A stretch of 64,000 nucleotides of DNA from Spirochaetia bacterium (GTDB lineage: Bacteria > Spirochaetota > Spirochaetia > CADAEX01). The stretch's first letter is position 1, and each line of letters starts with the position of its first letter. The position numbers were made by a program, and so were the translations under genes. Location: assembly GCA_045606105.1 (NCBI GenBank), contig JAZURI010000011.1, forward strand, positions 1 through 64,000, read 5' to 3'. Below the pieces are notes generated by a model. The model saw only the letters and a list, made by a program, of their open reading frames with translations, ran no database searches and had not been told where the DNA came from. Below, piece by piece: positions 29,033 to 37,906 of this stretch.

Positions 29033-30024
29033 TTTTCTTCTCCGATGCCGAGTTTTTCCCTGATAAATACGGCTCTCAGGCAATCCACGTTTCTCTCGGT
29101 CCTTTTCTCCTTCATCTTTTCTGCAAGGAGATGATATTTCTGTATCCTGATAAAGAGGGAATTTATTGTCAGGTCAGGAATTCTGAGCAATCCTGTACTT
29201 GCCCCCAGCTTTATGTCAGAGATGAGCTCCAGAGCCTCCCACACCGAAAGCTTCCTGCAGTAACGGAGAATTCCGTAGGCCCGCATGACCTTGTCCTCCA
29301 GCTCCAGGGCAGATTCGGCAGCCAGCCTCTTTCTTGATTCCCTCTCCATTTCCGAAACCTGGGTCAGCACCTCATCCATCCTGAGGAGAATCTCCATAGG
29401 GTCGTTTCCTGCACCGTTCCTGTTTTCCACCACAAAGACATTTCCTTTTGGGGCAGAGCCGGCATTATCCACATATCCCTTTACCAGAAGTCCTGATGCA
29501 GAGGCGGCGGCAAAGAACTTATCCAGTTTCTTCTCCATGGCCAGGCCGGGAAGAAAAAGGGTAACACAGGCATGCAGCCCTGTTCCGCTGTCGTTTACCG
29601 AGGAGGTAAGATAGCCGAATTCCGGATGCTTCTGATACTCGAAAACCTTCATGAACTGCTCATCTATACCGGCACATTTCCTGTAGGCCGAAACAAGATC
29701 CAGTCCTGCCACAAAGCATTTTATCCTGATATGGTCCTCTTCGTTGAAAACCGCAAAACAATCCTTTCCCGGAATGGGTGAAGCAATATATTTTCCCGAA
29801 CCGATGACAGTTTCGGGCAGAATATGATTCTTTTCCGCCATAAGCTGTCTGGCGCTGAAGGAGTAATCATCCAGGCTTTTCATCATGAACCCTTCCAGCT
29901 GATCCATGGCTTCGGTCTGGGCAAGGGTTATGCTTCCCTCGTCGGCAGCGGTGAGTCTGGGTACAAACTTCCATCCTTTCATGTTCCGTGAAAGCCGGAC
30001 ATTGGAAAAAACAGCTACATCCAT
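29029..30024 (-). CDS. mcsB: McsB-like ATP:guanido phosphotransferase (protein-arginine kinase family), degenerate
   Basis: VRLSRN, NEEDHIRI, GYLTS..GTG, ELEDKV.RAYGIL; lies between mcsA and clpC. Confidence 0.85.
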   Translation of the reverse strand: MDVAVFSNVRLSRNMKGWKFVPRLTAADEGSITLAQTEAMDQLEGFMMKSLDDYSFSARQLMAEKNHILPETVIGSGKYIASPIPGKDCFAVFNEEDHIRIKCFVAGLDLVSAYRKCAGIDEQFMKVFEYQKHPEFGYLTSSVNDSGTGLHACVTLFLPGLAMEKKLDKFFAAASASGLLVKGYVDNAGSAPKGNVFVVENRNGAGNDPMEILLRMDEVLTQVSEMERESRKRLAAESALELEDKVMRAYGILRYCRKLSVWEALELISDIKLGASTGLLRIPDLTINSLFIRIQKYHLLAEKMKEKRTERNVDCLRAVFIREKLGIGEEK

Positions 30025-30026
30025 GG

Positions 30027-30500
30027 TCACACTCCCAGAGCCCTGATCTTGTCCCTGAGAACGGCAGCCCCTTCGTAATCCTCCTCGGATACAGCCCTTT
30101 CCAGCTTCTTCTCCAGGGATTTCCTGTAATCCTCCTCCGAAATTATCTCGCGGGAAACAGTTTTCCTGCTTACGGAACCTGAGGAAAGACAGGATCTGAT
30201 ATATTCCGAAAAGCTGTCGTAGCACATGTTACAGCCCGCTGAACCTGTTTTCTTCAATTCTGCCAGTGTTGTACCGCAGAAGCTGCACGATTTTTCCAGA
30301 TCGGGATCAGGCTGAGCCCCTCTCCTTATGTTCCTGAGACGATCCAGCAGGTCCGCAATGTTTACCTGGGAATTCCGGCCCATTTCAAAGCCGTTGTCCC
30401 TGGCACATTTTTCACAAAGATTAAGGGAAACATCCTCTGTCCCCACAACCTGCCTTATATGCATGATGGCATTGTTATTGCCGCAGATATCACAAATCAA
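30027..30500 (-). CDS. mcsA: McsA (zinc-binding CxxC motifs plus UVR domain)
   Basis: CDIC, CEKC, CSFC, CNMC; C-terminal EEDYEGAAVLRDKI; TTG start with SD GAGG. Confidence 0.9.
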   Translation of the reverse strand: MICDICGNNNAIMHIRQVVGTEDVSLNLCEKCARDNGFEMGRNSQVNIADLLDRLRNIRRGAQPDPDLEKSCSFCGTTLAELKKTGSAGCNMCYDSFSEYIRSCLSSGSVSRKTVSREIISEEDYRKSLEKKLERAVSEEDYEGAAVLRDKIRALGV

Positions 30501-30518
30501 ATGAATAACCTCTTTATA

Positions 30519-31532
30519 TTAATGTAACACGAAATTGCTGTCTTTGAGATAAAAATTTTCAGAAAGTCCGGAAGTTATGTAAATTTCCCTGTTAAGGGTA
30601 ATGAAAACCGCCTCGGTACCGGGAATCGACTCCACCAGCTTCATCCCTTTTTCCAGCCCCAGTGCAAAAACAGAGGTTGAAAGAGCATCCCCGGCGGCAG
30701 AGCTGCCTGTAACGATGGCTACCCCTGCAAGCTCGTTTTCCACCGGATATCCGGTCTTCACATCAAGAATGTGGTGATAATGCCTGTTTTCATGCTCGAA
30801 AAAACGCTCGTAGATACCGGAGGTAACAAAGGAACCCTCCTCAAGCTCCACGATTCCCAGATAAATTCCCCGCTCTTCAAAGGGATTCTGGATACCGACA
30901 CGGAACAGGCTTCCGTCCGGCTTTTTTCCGAACACCCGGATATTTCCCCCAAGGTCAACTATACCTCCGGGAGCTCCCTGCTCTTCCAGATATTCCGTAA
31001 CCCGGTCTGCAATGTAGCCCTTGGCTATTCCTCCCAGATCCACCGCCATTCCCTTTTCAGGCAGGTATGCTGTCCCCTTTTCCTCATTCAGCACCACCCG
31101 GCTTCCGTCCACAAGAGGGAGCAGCGCCTCGATTTCATCCTTGCCCGGAACCCCGGCATGTTCCGTACCTATGCCCCACAAATCCACCAGCGGAGAAATT
31201 GTAATATCGAATCTGTCATCGGAAAGGGTCCTGTATTTTCCAGAAAGCTTCAGAAGCTCCATAACCTCGGAAGAAACAGGAACCTCCCCCAAACCGCTTC
31301 CTTTATTCAGCTTTCCGATATCGCTTCCGGGAATGGTACGGCTGATAAGCTTCTCATAACGGTCTATCAAAGAAAAAGCCCCGGGAAGAAGCCTGTCATC
31401 ATCGTCACTGTAAACAGTAACAGAGCAGACGGTCCCCAGGGCCGGCCCCACCAGTCTTGACGGGGCAGAATTTCTGCCGGTACAGCCCAGGCAAAGAAGA
31501 ACCGCAAAAAGAACAGTGATAAATCTTCTCAT
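30519..31532 (-). CDS. apbE: FAD:protein FMN transferase lipoprotein
   Basis: Lipobox LGC; FDITI.PLV.LW, DLGGIAKGY, TSGIYER, YHHILD, DALST. Confidence 0.95.
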   Translation of the reverse strand: MRRFITVLFAVLLCLGCTGRNSAPSRLVGPALGTVCSVTVYSDDDDRLLPGAFSLIDRYEKLISRTIPGSDIGKLNKGSGLGEVPVSSEVMELLKLSGKYRTLSDDRFDITISPLVDLWGIGTEHAGVPGKDEIEALLPLVDGSRVVLNEEKGTAYLPEKGMAVDLGGIAKGYIADRVTEYLEEQGAPGGIVDLGGNIRVFGKKPDGSLFRVGIQNPFEERGIYLGIVELEEGSFVTSGIYERFFEHENRHYHHILDVKTGYPVENELAGVAIVTGSSAAGDALSTSVFALGLEKGMKLVESIPGTEAVFITLNREIYITSGLSENFYLKDSNFVLH

Positions 31533-31555
31533 GTCAGGCTGCCCGTTATTATAGA

Positions 31556-31978
31556 TCAGAGGTCCTTTTCGGAAACTGCAATAAGATTTCCCTCTTTGAC
31601 AATTTCCAGTCCCTTCTCAATATCCTCAACCTTGAAAACAACAATGGCCATGCCGTCCTTTCTTGCAAGGGATGCATAGATATACTCGATATTTACACTG
31701 TTGTCCTTGAAAAGCTTCATGATTCTGTAAAGTCCGCCCGGTACATCGTCAACCTCGATTCCGAGAACCTTGGTTACCCTGGTGGTGAAATTATTTTCTT
31801 CAAGAATCCTTGATGCCTTCTCGTAGTTATCAGCAACAATCCTGAGAATACCAAAATCAGCTGTATCGGCAATCATTGCAGCCCTGAGGTTGATTCCTGA
31901 ATCTGAAAGAATCTTAGCCACCTCTGCCAGTCTTCCTGATTTGTTTTCCAGAAAAATTGAAATCTGATTAATAGTCAT
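31556..31978 (-). CDS. ACT-domain protein (paaK-associated)
   Basis: QISIFLENKSGRL, IADTADFGILR, DVPGGL, NIEYIYA. Confidence 0.92.
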   Translation of the reverse strand: MTINQISIFLENKSGRLAEVAKILSDSGINLRAAMIADTADFGILRIVADNYEKASRILEENNFTTRVTKVLGIEVDDVPGGLYRIMKLFKDNSVNIEYIYASLARKDGMAIVVFKVEDIEKGLEIVKEGNLIAVSEKDL

Positions 31979-31988
31979 AAGACCCTCC

Positions 31989-33293
31989 TTATATTACTCT
32001 CTTGTCAATAATTCTCTTTGCCTTGCCCTCGAATCTGGTGATGCTCTTAGGCTCCACAAGCTTGATCTTGGCATAGATACCCAGCTTTGACTTTACAGAC
32101 TGGGAGAGCTTGTTCTTGAGTTCCTCCAGCTTTCTTGTTTCGTCAAAGAAGGACTTGTCATCCATCTCGATCTGGATTTCAAGCTCATCAAGATGATTTT
32201 CCCCTCTTGTGAGGATAATCAGGTAGTTAGGGGTAAGTCCCGGAATCTGGAGCAGAAGCTGTTCGATCTGTGATGGGAATACGTTTACACCCTTGATGAT
32301 AAGCATGTCATCGATTCTTCCGAGAAGACGATGCATCTTTACGGTGGTTCTTCCGCAGGCACATTTTTCTCTGTAAAGATAGGTAATGTCCCTGGTTCTG
32401 TATCTGATGATAGGAGTTCCCTCTTTCCTGAGTGTGGTGATTACAAGCTCACCCTTTTCTCCGTAAGGAAGGACCTCTCCTGTTTCCGGATTTATGATTT
32501 CAGGATAGAAAATATCCTCGGCCACATGGAGTCCGCTCTGGCATTCACACTCTCCCGCAACACCAGGTCCTGCAATTTCTGTCAGTCCATAAATGTCGTA
32601 GGCCTTGATGCCCAGCTTGTTCTCGATTTCCTTTCTTGTATTGTCGCTCCATGGTTCGGCACCGAATACACCGGCCTTGAGCTTGATATCCTTTCCGGGC
32701 TGAATTCCCTTGTTCTTGAGCACCTCTGCAATGTAAAGGGCATATGACGGTGTACAGGTCAGGACAGTTGAACCGAAATCCTTAAGGTAATTGATCTGAC
32801 GCTCTGTGTTTCCGGAGGAGATAGGAATAACTGTGGCTCCCACCTTCTGACCGCCGTAATGAACACCCAGACCACCTGTAAAAAGTCCGTAACCGTATGC
32901 ATCCTGGATAATGTCGTCTGCGCCGATTCCACCTGAAGCAAGAACACGGGCAACACCCTCTCCCCAGTCGCTGACATCATTTGCGGTATAAGCATCTACT
33001 ACAGGAATACCTGTAGTACCCGACGACGCGTGAACTTCAACTATATCCTTCATAGGACAGGCAAGGAGACCGAATGGATAGGTTTCCCTGAGATCGCTCT
33101 TGCTTGTGAACGGAAGATGTCTGATATCATCCAAGGATCTGATGTCTTCGGGCTTGATTCCCTTCTCATCAAATCTCTCCTTGTAGAAAGGGACATTTTC
33201 GTAAACTTTCTTTACAAGCTTTCTGAGATCTTCAAGCTGAATTCTCTGTCGTTCTTCCAGCTGCATTGTTTCTGCAACTTTGTTAAAAATCAT
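31989..33293 (-). CDS. paaK: Phenylacetate--CoA ligase family protein
   Basis: [54 protein letters not shown]. Confidence 0.93.
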   Translation of the reverse strand: MIFNKVAETMQLEERQRIQLEDLRKLVKKVYENVPFYKERFDEKGIKPEDIRSLDDIRHLPFTSKSDLRETYPFGLLACPMKDIVEVHASSGTTGIPVVDAYTANDVSDWGEGVARVLASGGIGADDIIQDAYGYGLFTGGLGVHYGGQKVGATVIPISSGNTERQINYLKDFGSTVLTCTPSYALYIAEVLKNKGIQPGKDIKLKAGVFGAEPWSDNTRKEIENKLGIKAYDIYGLTEIAGPGVAGECECQSGLHVAEDIFYPEIINPETGEVLPYGEKGELVITTLRKEGTPIIRYRTRDITYLYREKCACGRTTVKMHRLLGRIDDMLIIKGVNVFPSQIEQLLLQIPGLTPNYLIILTRGENHLDELEIQIEMDDKSFFDETRKLEELKNKLSQSVKSKLGIYAKIKLVEPKSITRFEGKAKRIIDKRVI

Positions 33294-33387
33294 TTATTAC
33301 TCCTTAATTGACAAAAATTCTATAACTTTTTCCCGTTTTATAAAAGATATATTAGCAATATTTTTATATGTATGATATATTCAGGTT

Positions 33388-34164
33388 ATGGTGGCATTCA
33401 ACAAGAGAAATATTATAGTCGTATTCTCGAATTTTCTGTCGGTGGCTTTCCTGATCTGCTTCATCTGGCTGCTTTTCATCCTCTCCAAGGACCTGCCGGA
33501 AACATTCCTGGAGCTGCTTATCGCCCCGAATGTCATGATACCCATCATCTCACTGATTTTTTCGGTTCTTTCGGTCTATTTCATCAGAAAGTTTTTTCTG
33601 AAGCATACCAGGGCGGAGATATTCTTTTTCCTGCTTTTCCTGCTTACCATAAATTTTGATGCGATAAGGTCGGTGGTGTTTCTTTTTGAACAGCTGGGGA
33701 AGCCGGAGGGATATACGATACTTCTTTCCAGAGTAGCCTATTTCGGGAAGATACTGGGAATTTTCTCGCTGCTCTCATTTGCACTCATGTCCAACGACAG
33801 CGAGTACAAGCCCTTTACCGCCCTCTGCAGCCTGACTGTGATATTGTCCCTGTTCATGGCATACATGCTTCCGTTTGCACCGGAAAAAGGGCAGAACGCA
33901 CTGTTTCTTCCGGGACAGGCCGCCTTTGTCAATACCATGATCTTCATCATGATAATAACCTTTGTTCTCCTGGTTTCGGTTTTTGTACAGAACAGGAACT
34001 TTGAGTATCTGAACATGGCTGTAAGCACAGTCTTCATGTTCGTGGGATCATCGGTGCTTTTCTTTACCGCCTCTTTCCTACCGGCACTTCTCGGACTGAT
34101 TCTGCTTACAACCGGCACGGTATTCATTTCATACCGTATCCACAAGCTTTACCTGTGGGACTGA
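33388..34164 (+). CDS. Hypothetical polytopic membrane protein
   Basis: About 8 hydrophobic helices; TG-a-TATATT lies 6 nt before the ATG. Confidence 0.75.
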   Translation: MVAFNKRNIIVVFSNFLSVAFLICFIWLLFILSKDLPETFLELLIAPNVMIPIISLIFSVLSVYFIRKFFLKHTRAEIFFFLLFLLTINFDAIRSVVFLFEQLGKPEGYTILLSRVAYFGKILGIFSLLSFALMSNDSEYKPFTALCSLTVILSLFMAYMLPFAPEKGQNALFLPGQAAFVNTMIFIMIITFVLLVSVFVQNRNFEYLNMAVSTVFMFVGSSVLFFTASFLPALLGLILLTTGTVFISYRIHKLYLWD

Positions 34165-34632
34165 TTATTTCTTTATTTCCCTGATAAGGTTTACCATTTC
34201 AATGGCACTTACGGCACAGTCATAGCCTTTGTTTCCGGCCTTTGTTCCTGCCCTTTCGATAGCCTGCTCGATGGTATCGGTTGTAAGTACACCGAACATT
34301 ACAGGAATACCGCTGGAAAGGCTTACGGAAGCAATTCCCTTGGAAACCTCGCTGCATACATAGCCATAATGGTCTGTGCTTCCCCTGATTACCGCACCGA
34401 GACAGATAATGGCATCATATTTTCCGCTGGATGCCATCTGGGATGCAATGAGAGGGATTTCAAATGCACCCGGTACCCATGCAACCGTGATTTCATCATC
34501 TGTAACATCGTGGCGGAGAAGTCCGTCCATTGCCCCTGCAAGAAGCTTGGATGTGATGAATTCATTGAAACGGGAAGCAATGATTCCCACCTTTATTCCC
34601 TTTGATACTAAATTTCCTTCAAGAGTCTTCAT
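34165..34632 (-). CDS. ribH: 6,7-dimethyl-8-ribityllumazine synthase
   Basis: [34 protein letters not shown]. Confidence 0.97.
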   Translation of the reverse strand: MKTLEGNLVSKGIKVGIIASRFNEFITSKLLAGAMDGLLRHDVTDDEITVAWVPGAFEIPLIASQMASSGKYDAIICLGAVIRGSTDHYGYVCSEVSKGIASVSLSSGIPVMFGVLTTDTIEQAIERAGTKAGNKGYDCAVSAIEMVNLIREIKK

Positions 34633-34649
34633 GATATATTTCTCCTTTT

Positions 34650-35849
34650 TTAATATTCAAGAATATGTCCCATTTTTTTCTGCTTTGTCTGAAGATAAAA
34701 CAGGTCGTGGGATGTGGCATCCATCTGTATAGGAACCCTTTTCTTTATTTCCATTCCGAATTCGGAAAGCTGATATACCTTGTCAGGATTGTTTGTAAGA
34801 AGATTCATGGTTTTCACCCCCAGGTCCCTGAGAATCTGGGCACCGATGTAATATTCCCGTTCATCCCCAGCAAAACCCAGTGCAATGTTTGCATCCATGG
34901 TATCCATTCCCTGCTCCTGAAGCTCATAGGCGCGGAGCTTGTTGATAAGACCGATTCCTCTTCCCTCCTGGCGCATGTAGAGAAGAACTCCTCTTCCCGC
35001 CTTCTCAATCTGCTCCATGGCTGAAGCAAGCTGCTGTCCGCAGTCGCAGCGGAGTGAACCGAAGGCATCGCCGGTAAGACATTCGGAATGAACACGGCAC
35101 AGTACATCCTGTCCGTCCCCCAGGTCTCCCTTTACCAGAGCCACATGATGCTCTCCGTTGAGGCTGTTCACATATCCGTAGGCAACAAAATCACCGTATC
35201 TGGTAGGCATTTTTGTTACAGCCACCCTTTCTATGAATTTTTCATGACATTTTCTGTAATTGATAAGGTCATGGATGGTGATGAACTTGATGTTCCATTT
35301 TTCGGCCAGCTGCATAAGCTCCGTGGTTCTCATCATGGTTCCGTCATCCCTCATGATCTCACAGCAGAGTCCGCACTCCTTAAGTCCGGCAAGACGGCAG
35401 AGATCCACTGTGGCCTCTGTATGGCCGGTTCTCTCAAGAACTCCGTTTTTCTTTGCCAGCAGCGGAAACATATGTCCCGGTCTTCTGAAATCCTCCGGCT
35501 TTGAATCCTCATCCACGCTCCTGATGGCAGTAACAGATCTTTCCGCTGCCGAAATACCGGTGGAGGTGGAGGCATGATCTATGGAAACAGTAAAGGCTGT
35601 TTCATGGTTGTCGGTATTCTGAGACACCATCTGGGGAAGATCAAGCTGCTTTATATATTTTTCAGCCATAGGCATACAGATAAGCCCCTTTCCGTAGGTA
35701 GCCATGAAGTTTACGTTTTCTGTGGTGGCAAACTGGGCCGCACAGATAAAATCCCCTTCATTTTCCCTGTTGGGGTCGTCTACAGCCAGGATAATCTTAC
35801 CCTGCCTGAGATCTTCCAATGCCTCTTCAATGGTATTGAACTTGTTCAT
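34650..35849 (-). CDS. ribBA: Bifunctional DHBP synthase / GTP cyclohydrolase II
   Basis: [50 protein letters not shown]. Confidence 0.97.
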   Translation of the reverse strand: MNKFNTIEEALEDLRQGKIILAVDDPNRENEGDFICAAQFATTENVNFMATYGKGLICMPMAEKYIKQLDLPQMVSQNTDNHETAFTVSIDHASTSTGISAAERSVTAIRSVDEDSKPEDFRRPGHMFPLLAKKNGVLERTGHTEATVDLCRLAGLKECGLCCEIMRDDGTMMRTTELMQLAEKWNIKFITIHDLINYRKCHEKFIERVAVTKMPTRYGDFVAYGYVNSLNGEHHVALVKGDLGDGQDVLCRVHSECLTGDAFGSLRCDCGQQLASAMEQIEKAGRGVLLYMRQEGRGIGLINKLRAYELQEQGMDTMDANIALGFAGDEREYYIGAQILRDLGVKTMNLLTNNPDKVYQLSEFGMEIKKRVPIQMDATSHDLFYLQTKQKKMGHILEY

Positions 35850-35859
35850 TCTATTCTCC

Positions 35860-36510
35860 TTAAAATCCGTACCTTGTCAGGAATTCCCGGGTTATCCCTC
35901 CGTTGCCGGAGCTCTTTTCACCGCTTCCCTTCACAAAGCGTTCTATATATTTTCCGATAATGTCATTTTCAAGGTTAACCGGGTCCCCGACCCTGCATTC
36001 ATGAAGAATGGTTACCTCATTTGTATGGGGAATGGTGGAAACGGAAAAGCTGTCGGGTCCCACTCCGGCAACCGTAAGGCTGATACCGCTGATGGCTACC
36101 GAGCCTTTTTCCACTATGTATTTCATTATTTCCGGCGGCGCCTGGATAGTATACCAGATGGCAATTCCATCCCTGCGGATACCGGTGATTGTTCCCGTAC
36201 CGTCTATGTGACCGCTTACTATATGCCCTCCGAAACGGCCGTCGGCAGCCATGGCTCTTTCCAGGTTTACCCTGCTTCCGGCCCTGAGAACCGAAAAAGA
36301 GGAGCGTCTTATGGTTTCATGCATTACATCCACGGTAAACCAGGTGCTTCCGAAATCGGTTACGGTAAGACAGATTCCGTTTACTGCGATACTGTCCCCC
36401 TTTTTCACATCCTCAAGCACCTTGGAGGCCCTTATCCTGAGTACTGCAGAATCGCCGCCTCCGGAGATTCTTTCCACAGTTCCTATTTCCTCGACTATTC
36501 CGGTAAACAT
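35860..36510 (-). CDS. ribE: Riboflavin synthase alpha chain
   Basis: [37 protein letters not shown]. Confidence 0.97.
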   Translation of the reverse strand: MFTGIVEEIGTVERISGGGDSAVLRIRASKVLEDVKKGDSIAVNGICLTVTDFGSTWFTVDVMHETIRRSSFSVLRAGSRVNLERAMAADGRFGGHIVSGHIDGTGTITGIRRDGIAIWYTIQAPPEIMKYIVEKGSVAISGISLTVAGVGPDSFSVSTIPHTNEVTILHECRVGDPVNLENDIIGKYIERFVKGSGEKSSGNGGITREFLTRYGF

Positions 36511-37598
36511 TATGCTTCAACCTCACTTTCAATCAGAATATCGGAGCCTATCATGGTGATACTGCTGTTCCTGAGCCTGAGACAGCTTTCAGGATCTTCA
36601 AAACCAAGCCCCTCCACAGGACTCTTTGCTCCCGCACCGCCCAGAAGCTTAGGTGCCACATAGGCCTGAACCTTCTGTACCGCCCCTGCCTTTACTGCAG
36701 ACCAGCCCAGAGTTCCGCCCCCCTCAAGAAGAACGGAGGTTATTTTCTCTTTACCGAGTTTTTTCATCAAATCCCGGATATCAACATGTCCATCCAGACA
36801 CTCAACAGGAAGAATCCTGCATCCCTTTTCTATATACGGAGCCTGCTTTTCAGGGTCGCTGCAGCAGGTAGCTATGATAAGGGGAATTTCTCCCGCTGTC
36901 CTGACCAGATTTGATTCAAGAGGTGTCCTGAGTCCGGTATCGCAGATTATCCTGATAGGATTCCTGCCCCCTTCCACACGGCAGTTAAGCATGGGATCAT
37001 CAGCCAGAACAGTTCCCAGCCCCACCATGATGGCGTGATTTCTGCTTCTCATCTTGTGGACATGCTCCCTGGCTTCCGGTCCGGTAATCCATTTTGATTT
37101 TCCTGTATAGGCTGCAATCTTTCCGTCCATGGTCATGGCATATTTCAAGGTAACAAAAGGGGTTCCGGTTTTAATGAAATGAAAGAATGCCTCATTGAGC
37201 CTGCAGCACTCCTCCTCCAGGACTCCTGTAATTACCTCGATTCCGTGATTCCTGAGTATATCGATTCCACGGCCGCATACCACAGGATTAGGATCTCCTG
37301 CCCCCATGAAGACACGGCGTATACCGGCCTCAATCAATGCATCGGTGCAGGGTGGCTGCTTTCCGTAGTGACAGCAGGGCTCCAGGGTTACATAAATGTC
37401 AGCACCGGCCGGATTTTCGGTACATGCGGCCAGAGCATCCCTTTCGGCATGGAATTCTCCGCATTTACGGTGATACCCTTCCCCTATTATCCTGCCGTCC
37501 TTTACAATGACAGCACCTACCATAGGATTTGGACAGGTTCTTCCGGCCCCTTTTTCAGCCAGCTGAAGTGCCAGTCTCATAAATGCTTCATTGTTCAA
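36510..37598 (-). CDS. ribD: Diaminohydroxyphosphoribosylaminopyrimidine deaminase/reductase
   Basis: PNPMVG, HAE, TLEPCCH...PPC, DGKIA, EGGG; TTG start at 37598 with SD GGAGG. Confidence 0.95.
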   Translation of the reverse strand: MNNEAFMRLALQLAEKGAGRTCPNPMVGAVIVKDGRIIGEGYHRKCGEFHAERDALAACTENPAGADIYVTLEPCCHYGKQPPCTDALIEAGIRRVFMGAGDPNPVVCGRGIDILRNHGIEVITGVLEEECCRLNEAFFHFIKTGTPFVTLKYAMTMDGKIAAYTGKSKWITGPEAREHVHKMRSRNHAIMVGLGTVLADDPMLNCRVEGGRNPIRIICDTGLRTPLESNLVRTAGEIPLIIATCCSDPEKQAPYIEKGCRILPVECLDGHVDIRDLMKKLGKEKITSVLLEGGGTLGWSAVKAGAVQKVQAYVAPKLLGGAGAKSPVEGLGFEDPESCLRLRNSSITMIGSDILIESEVEA

Positions 37599-37610
37599 TA
37601 CGGTACCTCC

Positions 37611-37642
37611 AAAAAATAACCCCGGACAAGGTAAGTCCGGGG
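37611..37642 (-). terminator. Riboswitch expression-platform terminator
   Basis: Minus strand CCCCGGAC-loop-GTCCGGGG followed by TTATTTTT, just upstream of the ribD SD. Confidence 0.8.
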
Positions 37643-37685
37643 CAAAAAAAAGGAATATCAAACAGATATTCCAGAGCATACACAA

Positions 37686-37798
37686 CTTCTTCTACCATCC
37701 AGACTGTACTGTCGGTTCCGGAATTTCACCGAATCATGCGCAATTTCACGCTCGCGGACTTTACCGCCGGTCGGGAATCTAACCCTGCCCTGAAGACT
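37686..37798 (-). ncRNA. FMN riboswitch (RFN element)
   Basis: Minus strand TCTTCAGGGCAGGGT.AGATTCCCGACCGGCGGTAAAGTCCGCGA...GGTGAAATTCCGGAACCGACAGTACAGTCTGGATGGTAGAAG, upstream of ribD. Confidence 0.97.
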
Positions 37799-37812
37799 CA
37801 ACTGTTAAAAAA

Positions 37813-37841
37813 AATATATGCTTACTTTATCATAATGTCAA
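37813..37841 (-). promoter_or_regulatory. rib operon promoter
   Basis: TTGACA (37841-37836)-17 nt-TATATT (37818-37813), immediately 5' of the riboswitch. Confidence 0.8.
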
Positions 37842-37857
37842 TAACCCGGACAAAGAT

Positions 37858-37885
37858 AAAAAAAGGCATCCCTTCCGGGATGCCT
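37858..37885 (-). terminator. Intrinsic terminator of hppA
   Basis: AGGCATCCC-GGAA-GGGATGCCT followed by a T-run on the minus strand. Confidence 0.85.
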
Positions 37886-37906
37886 CTATATCTTTAAATA
37901 ACTCTC

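Noticed and set aside
29033-29083. Possible frameshifted remnant of the ClpC N-domain
   Set aside because: These bases encode the conserved McsB C-terminus (LRAVFIREKL); there is no space for a Clp-N domain.
30025-30225. 67-aa N-terminal extension of mcsB
   Set aside because: Lies within mcsA in another frame; McsB similarity starts at MDVAVFSNVRLSRN.
37599-37685. Upstream extension of ribD
   Set aside because: Runs through the riboswitch terminator; TTG 37598 has a strong SD.
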